Assembly: GCA_037379345.1 (NCBI GenBank)
Contig: CM074522.1
Span: 16,182,001-16,246,000, forward strand
Reading direction: 5' to 3'
Length of the DNA: 64,000 nt
From: Perna viridis
Lineage: Eukaryota
Shown: piece after piece, positions 60,501 through 64,000 of the stretch
How the letters are laid out: every line of letters starts with the position of its first letter
Numbering within the stretch: the stretch's first letter is position 1
Notes under the pieces: model-generated
What the model saw: the letters and a program-made list of their open reading frames with translations, nothing else
What the model was told of the DNA's origin: nothing
Database searches by the model: none
Program-made: the position numbers and the translations under genes

Positions 60501-62910
60501 AAGGGTTCTGTTTCCTATTTTAAATTCCAAATATCGTGTTCATGTATAGCATTAAATTTTGTTTTCACGTTTTAATACTTAATGCATTTGTTGTAATTTC
60601 GAATTCTAATTTCCAATTGCACTGTTGGACTCTAAATTTTTTTAATGTGCATGTGCAATCAAATTAAATTTGCGACCATTCAATGCACGATTGACACCGC
60701 TAAAGATCCATAAACATTGCACGGTAATCTCCTATGGGAAGGAACAATAACGATCCCACGAAATCAGAGAAAAAACACAACATACACAGTAAAAATAACA
60801 ACAACAAATAACAATAAAAAAAACAGCAAACAACAGACAAAAATACACCAAAAAAACACAAAAAGAAAAAAAACAACTAACAACAAACAAAAAAGAAACC
60901 GCTAAAGTACCACATACGCGCATATTAAACTAAAAAAAATGGGCGTGAATTAATTCTGCTTCGGGTCATTCGCAGTTGTCTCTCTCTTGACTCATTCGTC
61001 GTTGTTACCTGAACACACGACCACACAGATAAAATTTCAACATATTTTTATAGCCATTCAATGCCGGATCTTTTAACAGAGGAGAAAATTTTAATATAAG
61101 AAATGGACGTTTTGGAGCACCAAAGAGTGGCATATACCAATTTTCTGTAAATCTCCATATCAGGATTAAAAGGAACGGTAGAAAGCTAAAACTCAGGAAA
61201 AGAGATAACATTAGGACGCAGATCTGTATAGATTCATTGTGTCAAAAGTATACGTAAGTAATTACTATATGTATTTGACTTTTGACCTAAAAATATACTT
61301 CAACAAATAAATATTCACATACTCTTTTGGACCATGTTTTAGATTTTTTTTCTATCGGGACTATCGCTTCAGGGTAATGAATACAATTATTTGCAAGCAA
61401 ACTCATGACGCTGTTAAGATACAATTTGAATTCAGATAGTCATACTAAAAGAGTTTGCGTTGTAATTCTTTTACATCTATCTCAGGTACTTTCATTTTAT
61501 ACGTATCGTATATTTCTTCAAGTTCGTTGACCCCTACAGAGGACTTTAGCCGAAGGAATTTTAGTAATGCACTCTATTCGTTCGTCGATCAATCTGGTAA
61601 ATTAGTATTCCGTACTTGCAGATATTTACTTGATATATGGTTTATTGCTTTACCATGATAAGTTAAAGGATCAAGTTTGTCTTTTTTACAAATTCATTCA
61701 TTATTTTTTGTTGAGTTATGCCCTTGGAGTAATGCATAAAAGAACTCAGTTTTCCAAACATTTTTTCGTTTACAAATTATGCATAAATTTTGTTTCTATT
61801 CTTAACTACATATTATTCTTCGGGTAGGTGACTTTATATTGTCAAGAAAGAGTCTCAGAATGCTTTTTTAAATAGGTGTTCAGGAGCAGATCCAAGAATT
61901 TATAAGTTCGGTCTAGAAATGTTTTATGGGAAGTTTCCGGCGATCATATTATTTTTTCACTTCGATTCTTGTCGAAACATGTCGCAACTCGGCTTATCTC
62001 CCGCTCTGAGAAAATTTAGAATGAAATTCCTCGCCTTAGAAATTTCGAAGGTTAACAAATACATGCATGCACGATGCCCTTTCTTTACGATATTTGTTTT
62101 TATTCCAGATCATTACAACATATCTCGGGTTTAGAAAGTAACAGTAAATTTTTCACAGTGAGCTTTATGGGATTTCTGGAATTATCGGTAATTATACATT
62201 ATTTTATTGACTTTGTTAAGAAATACAGTAAAAACGTCTTAACCAAACCCCTTTTTTGAACTTTAAAATTGGTTCAGTTTAGACAGGTGTTCGGTTTACC
62301 AAGGTTTAACGTACATTTATTAGCCTGATCGTGTGTTACTATAGTACTATTGCATGGTTTTCCATATTGGCTTAGTTATTGGTCCGATGCTAGCCATATT
62401 GGATTGAGGCGCAGCCGAACTCAGGCAATATGGAAAACCATGATATGCAATTATACTAACTAGCCCAATACGTTATATTGGCCTAGGCCAATATGGATTT
62501 TAACCAGGCCAATATGAAGTATTGGTAGGGTAAAATCCGTATTGGACGGCTAAATCCCGTATTGGCACACTTATGTATTTTGCATTGTATTGGCAGTTTT
62601 GATCATATTTAGGATGATATTCGAACGTTATTCAATAATTCGGCGTATCACCTTCTACTGCAGGAAATATGTATATAATGACATACTGTATAAAAAGTAA
62701 ATTGCATGACCCTAAAAGGTTTCCGTAACTTATATCAAATCCTGTTGGATATGATATTTCCCCTTACTTTTTCAAATAAGAAACTGAAGTACAGCTGTAT
62801 TTTTTTTTCAGGCTGGACAATACACATCAGTATATGTCGATAATGCTTCAAGGAACAATGTTATAATTCAAACAACATCAGACTTTAGTGGTGTCTTGGT
62901 AGGTTTGTGA
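36411..62910 (+). CDS. C1QTNF12: Adipolin/erythroferrone-like secreted C1q/TNF-related protein (FAM132 family; 327 aa, 8 coding exons)
   Basis: join(36411..36554,53099..53239,53878..53989,59566..59606,60311..60478,61054..61253,62109..62187,62812..62910) = 984 nt, GT-AG, in frame. Features in order: signal peptide; DAKDSWITFVRH; polybasic tract; (GXY)6; ITKEMLMDEFKELVREAAEKR; C1q head with GRFGAPKSGIYQFSVNLH, ICIDSLCQ, SGLESNSKFFT, AGQYTSVYVDNAS, SDFSGVLVG. These match adipolin motifs as I recall them (WLNFVRR, EFQELLKEATERR, GRFTAPVSGIFQFS, ICIESLCQ, SGLESNSRVFT, AGQYASVFVDN, FSGLLLG). Likely co-orthologous to C1QTNF12 and ERFE, so the symbol is provisional. Confidence 0.88.
41124..41455 (+). 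mobile_element. tRNA-derived SINE (V-domain type)
   Basis: B-box GGTTCGATG near 41173; ttggcttggagtcggaataatatgtccgagtg...gcggactgttgcttctgtgaacta resembles the V-SINE domain as I recall it; (CAAT)n-like tail; flanking direct repeat AACAAGAG. Confidence 0.6.
42039..42412 (-). mobile_element. 3'-UTR-only fragment of the Penelope-like element with four 38-bp terminal repeats
   Basis: Matches 541-803. The terminal unit agagtaatcaagggaaccaaggttatagtggtaatcaa is repeated about 4 times at 42039-42190. Confidence 0.85.
42988..43099. repeat. Long imperfect hairpin (foldback remnant)
   Basis: Arms tattagaat..aaa..aatcacggaaactccattttatcattgtttgacca / tggtcgaacaataataaaatggagtttccgtgat..ttt..attctaata. 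Confidence 0.85.
45395..45904 (-). mobile_element. GC-rich SINE-like non-autonomous retroelement with (AAAC)n tail and 12-13-bp TSD
   Basis: TSD cgcttgcttaaa (45383-45394) / cgtttgcttaaa (45905-45916); (GTTT)n on + strand = 3' tail; internal GCACGTTAAAGAACCC...TTCGATAGGAGTAGG on the - strand. Confidence 0.78.
48830..49326 (+). mobile_element. Degenerate second copy of the Penelope-like element (RT end plus 3' UTR)
   Basis: Translates with frameshifts as YYKRDDLSFRIVKFP..YGVFI*QL..YASACQNCADILYRARLL..RLKSSLYK..GRHYEFVDRY. It is followed by ccggtgcacctggtcc...ttccctttgattattc, homologous to the reverse complement of 541-760. Confidence 0.72.
49708..49832. mobile_element. PIF/Harbinger-type MITE with CAG TSD
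   Basis: TIRs ccttttcacaaaaaatcgtaag / cttacgactttttgtgaaaagg; CAG on both flanks. Related ends at 42527-42620. Confidence 0.65.
53099..53239 (+). CDS. C1QTNF12: FAM132-like gene exon 2 (conserved W motif and polybasic tract)
   Basis: ttttcag|ELEDVRRKAVDAKDSWITFVRHSKRPQNNRQPRKRKDKKSKRLACSH|gtaagt. Confidence 0.88.
53428..53561. repeat. Perfect 134-bp palindrome centred on (AT)n, abutting the assembly gap
   Basis: ataacaaacttggcttacacc...gcaaacag(at)n ctgtttgc...ggtgtaagccaagtttgttat, then N run. Confidence 0.9.
53562..53699. other. Assembly gap (N run) in intron 2 of the FAM132-like gene
   Basis: Run of N. Confidence 1.
53878..53989 (+). CDS. C1QTNF12: FAM132-like gene exon 3 (collagen-like segment)
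   Basis: gtatag|GCVPGPAGPRGPPGPPGPAGAAITKEMLMDEFKELVR(E)|gtaggt. Confidence 0.92.
56115..56324 (+). mobile_element. TTAA-specific MITE (Kolobok-type), copy 2
   Basis: TTAA-GGAGGTTGACCTATAGTAAGGGACA...TGTCCCTTACCCTAGGTCAATCTCC-TTAA: ~25-bp TIRs with a TTAA TSD. Confidence 0.82.
56434..56771. mobile_element. TA-flanked MITE (GGG...CCC ends); partial copies at 8301-8410 and, inverted, at 57400-57460
   Basis: TIRs TAgggtttgtaagtctcgt / acgaaacttacatacccTA; the left end recurs at ~8300. Confidence 0.72.
57133..57275. repeat. Inverted repeat with a duplicated arm
   Basis: ttgctcccactatcaaatatgcag is followed by two reverse-complement copies, ctgcat(g/a)tttgatagtgggagcaa. Confidence 0.8.
58534..58738 (-). 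mobile_element. TTAA-specific MITE (Kolobok-type), copy 3, inverted
   Basis: Reverse complement of 56115-56324; TTAA at 58530-58533 and 58739-58742. Confidence 0.8.
59566..59606 (+). CDS. C1QTNF12: FAM132-like gene exon 4 (41 nt)
   Basis: ttttag|(E)AAEKRVQELIAEK|gtacgt; phase 1 in, phase 0 out. Confidence 0.85.
59616..59861 (+). repeat. Minisatellite, 42-bp unit x6 (84-bp higher-order dimer x3)
   Basis: actactctaaagtaaaactca(c/t)tgcatgcctacccacgtcat at 59616, 59658, 59700, 59742, 59784 and 59826; C and T variants alternate strictly. Confidence 0.95.
60311..60478 (+). CDS. C1QTNF12: FAM132-like gene exon 5
   Basis: ttccag|CPNCVDNLNNTNSIPLPTTGGVFDSVTRVTVGFNMRMRRNVAISGRTFMELSSFHQ|gtaagg. Confidence 0.88.
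61054..61253 (+). CDS. C1QTNF12: FAM132-like gene exon 6 (C1q/TNF-like head)
   Basis: ttatag|PFNAGSFNRGENFNIRNGRFGAPKSGIYQFSVNLHIRIKRNGRKLKLRKRDNIRTQICIDSLCQKY(T)|gtaagt. Confidence 0.93.
62109..62187 (+). CDS. C1QTNF12: FAM132-like gene exon 7
   Basis: ttccag|(T)SLQHISGLESNSKFFTVSFMGFLELS|gtaatt; inside ORF 62074..62259. Confidence 0.93.
62335..62565. mobile_element. Palindrome-rich element remnant in intron 7 of the FAM132-like gene
   Basis: Repeated ccatattgg/ccaatatgg motifs; arms agta..ata.ttgcat..catggttttccatattg / caatatggaaaaccatg..tgcaat.atact around gaggcgcagccga. Confidence 0.5.
62812..62910 (+). CDS. C1QTNF12: FAM132-like gene exon 8 (terminal)
   Basis: ttttcag|AGQYTSVYVDNASRNNVIIQTTSDFSGVLVGL* (TGA). 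Confidence 0.93.
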   Translation, partial: AGQYTSVYVDNASRNNVIIQTTSDFSGVLVGL

Positions 62911-64000
62911 CGATTCTTTTGAGAACATTGAAGTCAAGCATCGCCATACTTGCATGAATGTTATACCGGACCTCAACTTCGTCATACTTTCAAGAGAGTA
63001 TATCATTCCCGTTCGTTCCAACTACGTCATTACAATATGAAACACCTTTTACATTCTAAAAAACAAAATTAACTGTAATGAAAGTTGGTGTCGGAGTTAT
63101 ATACAGACCTTTGTTTTACCACTTGTCTCTATTTACTAGAGACTAACACAATCTCGGACGGTAGGGTTCGTTTCTTACTTTCTAAGAACCGAGTAACATC
63201 TATATAAAGTCAGTGTGTCTGTTATTATGCAGCATTGCTTCACAGTTAAGAAATATTTTCGTTTACTGGTATTGTATATATATATATATCTTTTGAAAAA
63301 AATATAAAGAAATACATAAGATCTGAAGAAAGATGATGAATTTTATCCCCTGATTGCTCTAGGTAGGAGATTTGGACTATTCTCCTTTATCATTCTTATC
63401 ACCAAAAGACCGGGAGAAGGAAAGGGTCAACTTTCATGATAGTGATATCATTTCAATATGAAGATTTCTAGACTTGTGCTGCATCAAAAATAAATTCTAA
63501 ATATTTCAATGGCAAAAGAACACGGAACATTACGTTCATGAAATATCCGTCTAAAGTATCGGGTAGATGGTGCTACATTTAATTAAATAAGCATTTAAAA
63601 AAGTTTATAAATTAATTCAAACACCTAGCAAAATTGAAGTAATGGAAAAAATCTTGTATTCCTATTCCCATATGATATGCCTTATTTTGACATGGAGTTG
63701 TACTTAAGAAAATTATACAAATGAAGCTTGAAAATTTTATTCATTTCATGATATTCGAAATCTTTCATTTCGATTGATAAATTGGGTTACCTCCCTTATT
63801 CTAACTTTACTATAAACTTGAAATGGTTGTTTGTGTTAAATTTGTAATCATTGAACTTGCTGCTTCCAATAAGACAACACATTGATAATTCTAATTAGAA
63901 TAATTCTTATTCGAAATACGCCAAACACCTTGCAGAGAAAAAAAAACTCTGTTTTTTGTTTGTTTTTGTTTTTTTATTCGTGGGTAGGGGTTGGCGGTAA

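Overview
This is AT-rich eukaryotic genomic DNA. The repeat families look like those of a bivalve mollusc such as Mytilus, which is an inference. The ORF track misses almost all real coding sequence because the genes are split into short exons. I reconstructed three spliced genes by hand from GT-AG sites, phase continuity and protein similarity. (1) The first two coding exons of mitochondrial ribosomal protein L20 (MRPL20, - strand, continuing off the left edge). (2) A complete 14-exon 6-phosphogluconate dehydrogenase (PGD, + strand, 3277-27748, 483 aa), head-to-head with MRPL20 with only 287 bp between the start codons. (3) A complete 8-exon secreted C1q/TNF-family gene of the adipolin (C1QTNF12/FAM132A)-erythroferrone (ERFE/FAM132B) family (+ strand, 36411-62910, 327 aa). 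It keeps the N-terminal D-x-x-D-x-W-x-x-F-V-R motif, a polybasic convertase-type region, a short collagen segment and the C1q head. Human MRPL20, PGD and C1QTNF12 all lie on 1p36. Introns and intergenic DNA carry Penelope-like retroelement fragments, SINEs, several MITE families, Helentron-type (HINE/DINE-1-like) elements, minisatellites and a partial exon duplication. CpG is visibly depleted across the MRPL20/PGD gene bodies but not across the C1q gene. One assembly gap lies at 53562-53699. All vertebrate comparisons are from memory; no searches were run.
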